Positions 21,564-32,524 of a stretch of 64,000 nt of DNA are shown piece after piece (the stretch's first letter is position 1; each line of letters begins with the position of its first letter). The position numbers and the translations under genes were made by a program. Source of the DNA: Entomortierella parvispora E1425 (Eukaryota; Fungi; Mortierellomycota). Where the stretch lies: the NCBI GenBank assembly GCA_020891255.1, contig BQFW01000009.1:1364001-1428000 (forward strand), written 5' to 3'. The notes beneath the pieces are model-generated. The model had not been told where the DNA came from. It was given only the letters and a program-made list of their open reading frames with translations, and did no database searches.

Positions 21564-24310
21564 GCAACATTTTATTTGCTATGTCGAGCCAAAGAAGTGA
21601 AGTGCGAGACCAAACTATCTACAGCCTGAGCAAAGCCGCGTGGTCCAGACGACAAATGACCCCGGATCCCCGCGCAACAAATGCCACGACTCGTCGCCGT
21701 GTTATAAAGAAGAGTAAAATGTTACAAAAAATGTATTTGCCCCATCTTTTCTAATGTCGATAAATGGACCTGGCCACGCACACAAGCCAGTAGTCGCTGG
21801 TCAGCCAGCGTAGGATCGTCTTGGGCACCTGGGCAGAGGCATTGATGGTGGTCAGTGTAAGCCTTGCCGCATTGGCAGATGCCTGGCGCAAGGATCGCAC
21901 CAGAGGCATTGTTCCACGGCTGCCCCGACGGGGCTGCCTGTTTTTTCATCTTGGGGCGGATGCCTTGAGACTTCTCCCAGGCAATGGTGACTTCGCACCG
22001 TGTCTTCCAGATACGTGCAAGGGCGTCTCTGTCCAGGCAGCGGATAAACTGGTGAGCAACTGCGACCACAACCGAGCGAGGTCCTTTAATAATCGGTGTC
22101 CAGGCTGTGATCAGCGCCGAGTGTAACAGTCCTTGGTAGGCAGTGACGATCGACCGTGCTGACGGCACTGGAGAGGCAATCTGTCCCACTTCAGGAGGTC
22201 TTATTGTTGCCAAGTCGTGGAATGCAGCGTACAGTGATGTCCACAGAGCCGTGTCCGATGGCTGATGCCATTGAAGTGCTCTCGGGGCGACAACGTTGGG
22301 TGTGCGGGCTTGTTGCTTACGATTCTTTTGGTAGCTTCCTCATTGGCTCTGGTGATGGCAGCTCTGCCCCACTTTGGAATAGTGGCCACTGCTTCCTCCC
22401 ATATCTGCCTTTGTTGGTTGACTGAGTTCGGACAAGTCCACACATGGTTGTTGTCCTCCTGCGCGTCGCCACATCGACAGCAGAGTGCGTCTTCGTACAT
22501 GTCTGGGTAGCGCGCTTGCATGACTGTAAGTGTTGGTAGCATCCCATGCAGTTTTTTGATGTGCTGTGTGCGTCGGGTAGTGTCCCCTCTGCTACTGAAG
22601 AAAGTATGGACTGGCCGTTTGGCGTGGATGATCGAGAGGGCAGATCGCCACTCCACGTCGTCCAAGTCGCTGATCGCTCTCTTAACTCGATTCTGTGCTG
22701 TCCATGTTTGGTGGCGGCGAATAGTGGTCTGTTGCTTGAGGAACTGGCGGAAGTCGGACTCCAACTGTTGTCCATGGCAAGATGCAATAAAGGTGATGTC
22801 GTCCTGGGTGCTGAGGTCCGCCTGCCATGGTGTCGTGTCCTGTTCAACCGCCTTTGTTGCGATAGCATCCGCCGTTTCGTTGCCCTGGTCGCCACTGTGC
22901 CCACGCACCCACTCAACCTCTGTGCGGCCCTCACGTTCTGCTACTACTGATGCCAAAACTGCCCAAAGGCCTGCGTGTGTTGCCCGTTGTCGCTTACGAG
23001 GCAAAGTTGTGTGGCGGTCGACAACAAGGTCTTGATACGAAGTGACAACGCCCTCGTTATCGAGGCGGACCAAAATATCTTGTCCAGGAGGCATGGACAC
23101 GATTGCGGCCAGAAGTCCCATGAGCTCTGCTTTGCCTGAGGATGCCTGACCGTCAGCACGACCCGGGATGGAGTGGGGGGCGGTAGTAGAGATGTCGGCC
23201 ACGCCAAATGCCATTGCGCATTCCTTCGTACCAGCGCGGACCATAAAGCCGTCAGAGTAGAGTACTTTACGCTCTTGTGAAATTGGTGACTGGCGTAGCT
23301 GGTGTAGAAGTTCAGCTTGGGCTTGAGGCATTGAAAGTGGGCCTACCTTGGCAATCTGCTCATGACATGGAGGAGGCAAAGGAGGGGGTGAGATGTGGAG
23401 AGGATGAATAGCGCTTTGGTCAACAGTGACAGTGAGTGGGTGTAAGTGTTGTTCAACACGTTCTCTGTTGGTGGTCACATCCCGGTCCCGTTCCTCGATA
23501 GCCTGGGAAATGTAGTCTGCTCTGATTTGCTGCCGTTGCTCAGCCTCCGCCAGATGTTGTTGATGTTTGTTGACTGCAAAGTCGTGTGCGTCCTTGAGTT
23601 TGCGGGCAAGGCGATCGGCAAGGAGCCCAAGTTGGAGCTGTGCACGGACTTGTAGACTCCGGAGCCCCTGTTGGGCGATCCGTTCAGCCTCCTTGATAGC
23701 GGTGGCCAGCTGTTGTGGTTTCGTGGCCAACAGACGTCGATAACGTGAAGCATCGGACTGAAGCTGTTGGCGCCTCTTTTCCAACGCGGCCTGCAGCTCT
23801 TGGACGAGCTGAGTCCTGGCTGGGATGGTGTCTGAGTCAGCTGCATTAAGACGTGTGGTCAGAGCGTTGTCAAGCCAACGAGAAGATCCGTGAAGCAAGT
23901 CGTCTGCATCTAGTGGCAGTCGTGCCAAGTACGTCGATGGCGGTGTGTCAACAACAAGATTGTTGGTGGCATCTATGCTGGCGGAAACTGAACGCGAAAG
24001 TGGAGTTAGGCCAAGGGTGGTGTCTGTGTCAGGGAAAAGCCGCCGAACGGCAGGGGCTGCAATGAAAGTGGGTGAAAATGAAGAAAACTGTGAAGAGGGT
24101 TGTGAAGATAACGGTGTTGATAAAAAAGGAGTGAGTGATGAAGAAAGGATAGGTGACGAAGGAGTGATGACAGGGGAGGAAGAGAGGGATAAAAAGGAAG
24201 GGCCGCTTGCTCCCAAAGACGATGGCGTTGAAGGTAACAGAGAAGAAGAAGGGGACAATGTAGAATGAGAAGAAGAAGAAGAAGACAAAGAGCCGATAGG
24301 AAATAACGGC
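21529..24310 (-). mobile_element. Non-autonomous non-LTR retrotransposon (L1/Tad-like 3' half, no RT or endonuclease) with poly(A) tail and target-site duplication
   Basis: A21 tail at 21563-21543 and flanking direct repeats TAGGAAATAACGGC (21529-21542, 24297-24310). ORF has RNase H, a CX2CX8HX3C knuckle and the IWKTRCEVTIAWEKSQGI C-terminal motif. Confidence 0.85.
21722..24288 (-). pseudogene. Retroelement ORF: Ser/Pro-rich + coiled coil + RNase H + zinc knuckle, one frameshift near 22328
   Basis: RNase H catalytic residues present: VLYSDG, KAELMG, VRLDNE, WVRGHSG..GNETAD. Knuckle CCRCGDAQEDNNHVWTC. The C-terminal part continues in another frame to TAA at 21722. No AUG in the first ~320 codons. 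Confidence 0.8.
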
Positions 24311-24346
24311 TTTTTTTTTTTTTTTTTGATAGGAAATAACGGCTTT
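24295..24346. repeat. Right target-site array: GATAGGAAATAACGGC-T17-GATAGGAAATAACGGC-TTT
   Basis: Two identical 16-bp copies (24295-24310, 24328-24343). The last is followed by TTT|AA. Confidence 0.9.
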
Positions 24347-24434
24347 AACAGGATTTAATGAATACATCACGTGATCCGAGGATTATTGTTATAGTTATAG
24401 ACGTCTTATTTTATAAGTAAATATCGATTGGTGA

Positions 24435-24508
24435 GCTTCCGTGGCGCAATTGGTTAGCGCGTCTGACTGTTAATCAGGAGGTTGGTGGTTCAAGCCCACC
24501 CGGGAGCG
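24435..24508 (+). tRNA. tRNA-Asn (GTT), no intron
   Basis: Acceptor stem GCTTCCG/CGGGAGC, A-box TGGCGCAATTGG, anticodon arm TCTGA-CTGTTAA-TCAGG, T-arm GGTGG-TTCAAGC-CCACC. Confidence 0.97.
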
Positions 24509-24516
24509 TTTCTTTT
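24509..24516 (+). terminator. Pol III T-run terminator of tRNA-Asn
   Basis: TTTCTTTT immediately after the discriminator base. Confidence 0.55.
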
Positions 24517-25469
24517 GTTTTGCTTCTGCGCCGGGTGTTTTTTCTATTCTTTTGTGTCCCCTCAGTTCATGTCTTTCTCTCGTTGTCGCCATGGTACAGT
24601 AGAGTGAAGGAGCAAAGAAAGTGAAAGAAGAAGGGGAGGGAGAAAACATGACATGACAAGAGGGTGCTCTTTCGAATTTTTGTGTTATTTTTCTTTCTGC
24701 TAGACACAACAAATGTGAGAGTGCTGACAATTCATTGATGGGAACACGTCGCGGAATACTTGAGACGGATCTAAGGGTCCAAGGGGAAAGGAACGTTGTC
24801 CAGCCTCCGTTCAGGAACGGCAGATTTTAAGGCGGGCAATGATATTCCTGCTCCAAAAGAGCAAAGAGAGCAATTGCAGAGGACCAGGACTACAGTAGTG
24901 ATTTTCTGTTGGTCTGGCCCAAGATGTTCTACTGTAGCTTCATAAAGATCGTGTCATGGTCTATTTTCTGGATAACGGCTCGCATCAAGTGAAAACCCGG
25001 TGCAATTTAATCCATGCCCCTGGTCCAACCTTGTCCAGCAGCCCACTTCTGCCTCGGATTGGGAAATAAACTTTGGCCCAGCGGAGCCATTATTGAATTG
25101 GGCCGCAATAGTTGTTTGGCAAGCTTCGCTCCCAGTGGACAAATAGAAAACGATGCAAAAAGGAGAGCTCGAGCAGTGACATTTTATTTCGGGAAGGAGG
25201 GGCTCCCCGGCGGGTGAATGGAAAGAGTGAGAGAGCAGAGTGCCGTGGACCAGGGGAGGAGAAAAGAGAGGGCAGTTGGACAACATTTCCCTCTTTCGCC
25301 ACTTTTTTTCGCCTCTTTCACTCTCTTTATCTCATTCTCACCTTCTGTTTTCCTCGTCCTTCGTTTTCTCGCTTCGCTTCTCATATACCCCTGCCCGAAG
25401 CAATCACCAATTCCTCTATTATTATACCCTCCACTTCTCTCAACCTCGTTTAATATCTCACATTCAGCA

Positions 25470-26717
25470 ATGGCCGTGTCCTTTTCTTCCTCAACAGCCG
25501 AGGTGGATACAAAACTCTCAAGGCGCACTTCTAACGACGACCAGCCTTCAATATCCCCCTCGACCAGTGGCAATATCAGACCCATTGCCGCCATCCTGTC
25601 AATGCCAGCCTCACCTCCCCAAAGCTTTTCAATCTTCTCTTCCTCCTCTTCCTCGGCATTATCCTCTCCTCGGTCACGTACACATATCCTGGCACACCCT
25701 CACTCACGGCCGCAAGCGCCATCAAGTCGCTCCTCCGCCTCCACCACACCTTCTCTGTCACCATCCTCGATAATTTCCTTGCAGAAAGCAACACGTCAAG
25801 GGAAGAGGCATCTCCATCATCCCTCCACGAAACAACGGCCACAAATTCACTTTGTTCCTGGTCACAATCGGTCAGCCTTGTTATATACCAGTGTGCAATT
25901 GGAGGAGCAACAAAAACAGCAAAAGCTGCAACAAAAGGAGCAAGAGCGACAACGACGCCAGCAGCAACAACAACAGCAGCAACAGAGCAGTGAAAAAATG
26001 GGACTTGATTCTTCCAAAGATCATTCTTCAAAGAATAGTGGCACAAGGAGCAAACTGTCCAACTGGGCGGCATCTCTTCGACAAACATTGTCACCAAAGC
26101 CCAAAAGCAGCAAAAGTAGAAGCGCTTCATCGACTCCGGTGATCACACTGTGCTCTGTTGGTCCAATTGTAACCGCCTCGTCACAGCAGTCTGATAGCCC
26201 CGCCGCGGCAACAATCACACCAACGTCAACAACAACAATGGAAACGGTCAAGGTCGAGCCCGATTCTCTTTCCCAGCCACTGCACGATCTCGATCAAGAG
26301 TCGGTGACACCACCCACTCCTGCAGCTTATACCCTTCAGGCAGCATCCCAACCGCAACAGCAGCAGGCTGCTCACAAAACCCCTCAGGTCGAGGGAAGAA
26401 AGGCCGCACCAATCGTGCAAGAGAAGAGCAAACCAAAAAAGAAATCCTCCTTCCCAAGATGGTCATCATCCTCGTTCTCAACCTCTAAAAACCCCGCGGC
26501 TGCCGGTACAGCCACTGGGTTTGATCCCTCAACTGCGCCCGTTTCTTTTCACCATGGATCAACGGAGACGACACCGTCGCCCATCTCACCCAGCCCATGT
26601 TGCCCTGACGACCAACCCCGGATTCGTCTTCGGAATCAGAAGCGGCGTAGAAGAGTTGGTGCGGGTCTGATCACAATCTTTTGCATTGCTGCGATTGTGA
26701 TCCTGGTGCTATGTTAG
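25470..26717 (+). CDS. Hypothetical Ser/Gln-rich protein with a C-terminal tail anchor (415 aa)
   Basis: Starts MAVSFSSS. Ends RNQKRRRRVGAGLITIFCIAAIVILVLC*. Confidence 0.7.
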   Translation: MAVSFSSSTAEVDTKLSRRTSNDDQPSISPSTSGNIRPIAAILSMPASPPQSFSIFSSSSSSALSSPRSRTHILAHPHSRPQAPSSRSSASTTPSLSPSSIISLQKATRQGKRHLHHPSTKQRPQIHFVPGHNRSALLYTSVQLEEQQKQQKLQQKEQERQRRQQQQQQQQQSSEKMGLDSSKDHSSKNSGTRSKLSNWAASLRQTLSPKPKSSKSRSASSTPVITLCSVGPIVTASSQQSDSPAAATITPTSTTTMETVKVEPDSLSQPLHDLDQESVTPPTPAAYTLQAASQPQQQQAAHKTPQVEGRKAAPIVQEKSKPKKKSSFPRWSSSSFSTSKNPAAAGTATGFDPSTAPVSFHHGSTETTPSPISPSPCCPDDQPRIRLRNQKRRRRVGAGLITIFCIAAIVILVLC

Positions 26718-26768
26718 TTAGTCAGCTTCCGTGGTACCCTTGTAAATAAAAAACAAGCGAATTGACAG

Positions 26769-26772
<4 letters not shown>

Positions 26773-26824
<52 letters not shown>
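26773..26824. repeat. (AG)n microsatellite, about 26 units
   Basis: Uninterrupted AG dinucleotide run. Confidence 0.95.
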
Positions 26825-26830
<6 letters not shown>

Positions 26831-27092
26831 GGGTGAAGAGAAACAACTCGCATCGATCGCGCGCCTCCCTGGATCTGTGAATCGGGGCAGGGTGCAGCAG
26901 GCTGTTTCACTGAGCGCACACACGAAAGCACAATCCCGTGACGTGACTGTCTTTGCAGCATCGCTGCTTTTTCTCCTTTCTGGACGAAGCTCTGCTGAGT
27001 TTGCTGTTGACCCTGCTTGATCCCGTCGCCTTCCTTCCATTCTGTTCTCTTCTTCAGTCGCTCTTCACTTCTCTACCTCACAATCCATAATC

Positions 27093-28176
27093 ATGTTTGC
27101 TCTTCGTACTGCCGCTGCCCGCGCCCTGCCCGCCTTGGCCATGCGCTCTGTCGCTGTCCCCAGGACCATTCTCTCGCCCGCCATTCTCGCCCGTGCTGGA
27201 TCTGCTCCTCTTGCCCGTGCATTCTCTAGCGCGCCTTTGACCTGGAACAAGAGTAATGAAAATAACCCTCTTGCCATTCACCCTTGAAAAGATAAAAGCC
27301 CAATACAATACTAGATTCTAACAGGTCATTTTGCTTGACCTTATCTATCTTTCCATAGCTGACAAGGACTTGATCACCGTCCTTGAGAGCGAAATCAAGC
27401 ACGAGGAGGAGCAGGGTGAGGAGGTCCCTGAGTATATCACCAACTACTTGAAGTCGAGCCCTTTCGACATCACTGATAAGACTGGATCAGACGAGGTTAT
27501 TCTCACCCGCAAGTTTGGCAACGAAGAGTGAGTGTCCATCCGTCGCAAACTTGCAAGATCCTTTACCTGTTTTGAGAACTGGAATTTTTTGCTAATCTGT
27601 TTATTCCTTTCTCGCGTTGGCAAAAAAAAAAAAAAAAAAAAAAAAATCAATAGTATCAAGATTGTTTTCTCAGTCTCCGATATCAACTCTGCCGACGATG
27701 AGGATGATGTTGATTTGGAGGAGGAATTCGAGGATGAGCAGCAGCAGAGCCAGAACCCTAGCTTGTCGGCTTCCGGCGAGGATGATGTCGAGGATGAGGG
27801 TGATGATTTGGACTCGCTCACTTTCCCCGTCCGCTGCTTGATCACCGTCAGCAAGCCCGGAAACGCTGGATCTATTTCGATTGATGCTATTGCTCAGGAT
27901 GGTGCTTTCATTGTCGAGTCTATCTCCAACATCAAGGACTCTGCTTTGGCTACTGCCACGACATCGGAGGCTGACTGGGAGAAGCGTGGATTGTACTCTG
28001 GCCCTCCTTTCGCTGAGTTGGATGAGGAGCTTCAGATTGCCTTTGAGAAGTTCTTGGAGGAGCGTCAGATTGATGGAGACTTGGCCAACTTTGTCCCTAA
28101 CTATGTTTTCCACAAGGACCAGGTCGAGTACACTCACTGGCTAAAGGACTTGAAGGGCTTTGTTGCTGCCAAGTAA
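27093..28176 (+). CDS. MAM33: Mitochondrial acidic matrix glycoprotein Mam33/p32 (C1QBP), ~283 aa, 3 exons
   Basis: Exons 27093-27252, 27359-27527, 27654-28176. Arg/Ala-rich presequence, EVILTRKFGNE, YSGPPFAELDEELQ..FEKFLEERQID, EYTHWL. Confidence 0.92.
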
Positions 28177-28348
28177 TTGCAGGATGGAATATGACAAAGA
28201 AGCTGTTGACGTGCATACACACTACCCGTTGACACAGGGCATGACCTTGAACCACCGCATTTGCAAGTCTGGTGCGATTGCATGGTCAACATTTAGAAAT
28301 AAAATGAACATTAATACCACTTCGATTCACGGGGGTGGTTTTTTATTG

Positions 28349-29769
28349 CTACAGTCCGTGTTCATGTAGCATATCTGAGATCTCAAGATATAGTTCTATA
28401 GCATTGAACAAGGGAGGTATTTCTGCTCGCTGACTTCGATCACCTTCTTCATCGTTGTCCATCTCAAAGGCTCCTTTAGGTCTGCCCTCTGGATCATGAC
28501 TGGATCCGCCCAAGATCCAAGGAAATCGGGCTCGGCTCCAAGCCAGAGCGTTGATCCAATTCATCAAATCCATGTGATCCGCGTTTGGAATCGTTCTCAC
28601 AAACTTGCCCCACTTTGCACTTTCAACACTCACTAATCCATCATTAGGACCTTCTCGAGCCATGATCACCTGCCATGGAAATCTGAACCGGGAAAAGAAT
28701 CCCGGCTGGAAGGATGCTGCGTAACTGAAATACCGGACCTTGGGGTCGTCTGGTGTACCAGGATTGAACTTGTCTCTGAGATAATGAGTCGTCAAATTCT
28801 CTGCAGCTCCTCTCTCAACCCCGACCATATTCAGCATTGTCCAAAAAGCCTCCAATCGCACTACACCAACAATGTCGGTCATGACATAGTCGGCAAAAGA
28901 AGACCCATGATGTGGTGTTGCAAGCGTCGTCAAGGACTTGACTGTGAAGTGAGGTGACTTGAGATGGGAGATCAGGTATCGACAGTCTAATCCTCCCATG
29001 GAATGGCCGATAAGGTTGACTTCTGATCCATGCGGTACAGCTTGCTCAATGAAGTCGCGTAGTTTTTTGGCGCGTTGTTCGATCCCTGCAAAAGGTGGAA
29101 CTCGGGCTGCAAGAACGGTACAGCCAATCTCCTCCAAGGCGTCACGTACACCGCGCCAGTAATCAAACCGAAAGTCGGGGTTCTGTCCCAGTGAATCGAA
29201 TCCCGAGAATCCTAACAGTGGGTGCCCAAAGACAAGGTCAAACATCTGATGATGAGCGCCTTCTTACTTTCAGATGTATAACGACATTTTTTCTTCTTCT
29301 TACCATGACATAGCACAAGGGGCAATCGAGCTGGACGAAAGGTTTTGACCTCTTCCTTTACAGCCTTCTTCCTTGGATCATCCTCTTCTCCCCCTTCCCC
29401 TTTTGTATTGTCTATCCGGTCCTTGGATCCTTTGGCAGTTGTTTCGGATTCCTTGTCTTTCATCTGCTTCTGTTCAGCCTTTTCTCTCTCACGTCGAGTT
29501 TTGGCAACCTCTTTACGAGTAAAAGTCTCTGGAGACTGGCGGCTTTCGCCACTGTTGTATCGGATTTGCTGGTAAGAATGAAAGGTAGATGACAGACGGG
29601 CATGGTTGGGCGAGAAAACGGCAGGACGACAGATCGGTGAAGCAAAGGTAATGATTGACCGTTGTCCACTTGGAGCGAAAAGGGTTGAAAAGGGACAGGT
29701 TATTCGATGCTTGACTGCTGTCAGTGACGACACCCGCCCGCCAACAGGGGTCGCGAAAAGAGGAGGCAT
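28349..29769 (-). CDS. Alpha/beta-hydrolase triacylglycerol lipase (Tgl2/lipase 2-like), probable mitochondrial presequence, ~442 aa, 2 exons
   Basis: Exons 29769-29304 and 29211-28349 give PLVLCHG/FSGFD. Nucleophile motif IGHSMGGLD, TTLATPHHGS, NDGLVSVESAKWG, ADHMDL. Confidence 0.9.
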
Positions 29770-30051
29770 GGGCAAGGAATGCGACGAATGAATGCGATGG
29801 ATGAAAGAGATGAGAGTGAAGAGAAAAGAAAAAAAAATACTGTGCTGGGCGAAATGATCCATGTCTCAAAGACAGTCACCATGACGAGGGAAATGCTTTT
29901 ATTTGCACAGAGGGTGTCCAGCCCAGCATCAAGCCGAGTTGAACGAGTATCAAAGAGGATAAGTGCCTATTTACATGCTGCAGAAGAGAGAGAGCGTCGT
30001 GAAAGAAAGGAATGGGGAGAGAAAGTAACGATAAGGAAGAGAGGTTTTGCC

Positions 30052-32185
30052 TTAAAGAACCAGAACAACCATTGCCAACATCGCGCTCAGAGCGGCCCAA
30101 TTGCCCTTGAGGACCATGGCAGAGTTCTCGGACTTATCGCTTTTGGCCGAGGTTGCAGCGCTGACATCGACCTTCTCTGCCACTGAGCCACTGCTGCTGC
30201 TCTCGCTAGCACCACTGTTGCTGCTCTTGCTAACACCACTTTTGCTGATGGTTGATGACTTGTCGCCAGAGGTACCCTTGACACCTTGTTGGGCCACCAA
30301 ACCGTAAGGAGAACCCAACTCTGTCACGACATGATGCTCAATCTTGGTTGGGTCACCCGACACGGCCTTGAATCCCAAATCATTTTGGACCTGAGCCGAG
30401 CGTTTCTCGATCCAGTTGCGAAGACCCCAATCCATCTGAACACCCTTGTCCATTCCCTTGGAAAGATCTTGGATCGTGAACTTCTTGTTCTTGCCCTTGA
30501 GTGCCACTCTGGGCAAGGATCGATCCCATGCCACATCCTGCTCAATCATCTTCTTGTAGGCCTCCAAACGAGGAGTAACTGCATCGATCTTGAAGATGTA
30601 GTTGACAGTGTCCTTCAAGATCTCCTCGAATCGTTTGTTCATCTCTGGGGTCTCAATAATCAACTTCTGAGCCAAAGGAGATTCAAATCCATTCTCGTTG
30701 ATCTTCGGGATATTCTTGTAGGACTCGATTTTGCCTTCGAAAGAGGTACCAAAGGTATCATCAAAGTCGGTGGGAAGCCAGGTCCATTTACCAGTGACAG
30801 GATTGTTGTAGAACTGATAGTTTGAACCCGAGAGCCAGTAAGAGTCCCAAGAGCCGGTCAAGTATTCCATGGCCATGCTCTTGAGGAAAACCTCAAGATC
30901 GAGTCGCTCTTCCCAGTAAGCAATGGGATCCTTGACTTTCTTGGGATTATAGTTCTTGAGATCGGCCATGAACTTGATTAGATCCCGCATGGGATCATCC
31001 TTGGGGTTCGCGCCCAACAGGACGTTTTTGTAGATATCTCCAATGACATAGCTCTTAGAAGTGGGGCCCAACCATTGGAGGTTGCCCTCATGGCCACAGC
31101 AAGAGTTCATCTTCCAGAGGGCACCGAGCTTGGCTTTTTTAGAACGTGGGTGAAGTACTTTTTTGATCCAGTGTTTCTTCATTTCGTCCATTCCTACAAA
31201 GAGTCCAATGGGTTTACCGTTGAAGAACAGACGGACATAGGCAGCCTGTTGAGCAGGCACGCCCAGTGAGTTGAGCATATCCACATAGAGCTTCTCACGC
31301 ATTAGGGTCGCGTCTGTCTCTTCGTTACGAAGCTTGAGGGTTGAGAGGCCGAGGAGACGGTTCTTTTTTGGAAACTTGAATTGATACGCCAACTTAGCAT
31401 ACTCACGAGCGGATTTACCCGAGAGATTGAAGATGACATCGTTGATACGGACGTTTTCATTGGCGCTACGGAGTGAGTCGAGATTTGGGAACCAGGAACA
31501 TTAGAAGACAACCAAAAAAGAAAAAAAAAAGCGCATCCCACTGTTGTGAGGCAAGCCATGTTACCCAATGTACTGGATCTTGACTTTGATAGGTTTTGGA
31601 TAGAAATCTCCTCCTCCCGTGTTGATGAAGTTGATATTGGCGGGATCTCCTTCTACAAAGATATTTCCAATATAACCTTCTCTGAAGAAAGGCGAGTTTT
31701 GTTGCAGCTTGTTTTTATAGACTTGAGGGAACGGAGGCAGAGCATGCAAAGTGTTGGGTCGATCAAAAAAGTCATTTGGCGTATGCGATGCGCCCTCGGG
31801 TAATTGACGAGCTTCCTTTTCCTTCTTCACTTTTCCAGATGCTTCCAGACGGACAAAGGTGTACTTAAGCGGAGCCTCAGCACTGGTCACCTTTGCGGAC
31901 CAAAGTGGATAAGCGGTCTTGGAGGTGGTGAGCTTGGTGAGTCGGCCATTGATCAACACTCCAAATTCATCGCTATCTTTCTCGCGAAGGCCCACAACGT
32001 TGAATGTCACTAGCACGAAAAAAGCGGAAGAAGAGAGAGAGATGTCCATAAGACAGTAGGCACAATTCTCGCAGGTGTTGAGTTGACGCGAACCCTTGGT
32101 TTTCCTCCATTTCGCCGAGTTTTTTTTTACCATCGGCCATGGCCGTTGCAGCACATGCTGCCAACCCGAGTATAAGGCGAACCAT
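30052..32185 (-). CDS. cotH: CotH-family secreted kinase/spore coat protein with C-terminal GPI signal, ~637 aa, 3 exons
   Basis: Exons 32185-32131, 32009-31565, 31465-30052. Signal MVRLILGLAACAATAMA, LKLRNEETDATLMREKLY, YVRLFFNG..GLF, WDSYWLSGSNY, WLPTDFDDTFG, Ser-rich stalk, hydrophobic tail. Confidence 0.93.
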
Positions 32186-32524
32186 CAGTGCAAATGATTA
32201 AACTGAGTTGACAGAAGAGATGGGCAGAGGAAGAGAGGATGAGAAAAGATGGGGGTAAAGCCATACAGGAAAGAGAAAGGGCTTGGAGTTCGAACCAAGC
32301 AATTAGCATTCCCCTGGACAGAGATTCTCGTTTGTCCGTGCAATCGTGGGTGGAGCACGATCTCAGAGCCTGCGGTGGGGGATGAAATGTATTCTGGACA
32401 AAAAAAAAAAAACATTCCAATCTTCACCATGTCAGTCGTATATTGCACCCGTGCATTGTTTTAAAGAATATTCCTCTGATTTATTTTATTTGCTGGCCAT
32501 GGTTGCACACTCGTCCTGGAATCC

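Noticed and set aside
22201-23300. Host RNase H1 gene
   Set aside because: It has no hybrid-binding domain or introns, and it carries a LINE-type zinc knuckle, poly(A) tail and TSD.
21507-24346. Four near-identical short repeats as a CRISPR-like array or terminal inverted repeats
   Set aside because: They are direct repeats separated by T runs and a retroelement body, with no unique spacers, cas genes or inversion. Target-site duplication explains them.
29212-29245. ORF-track start MFDLVFGHP for the lipase
   Set aside because: It lies inside the intron 29303-29212. Splicing restores LCHG/FSGFD.
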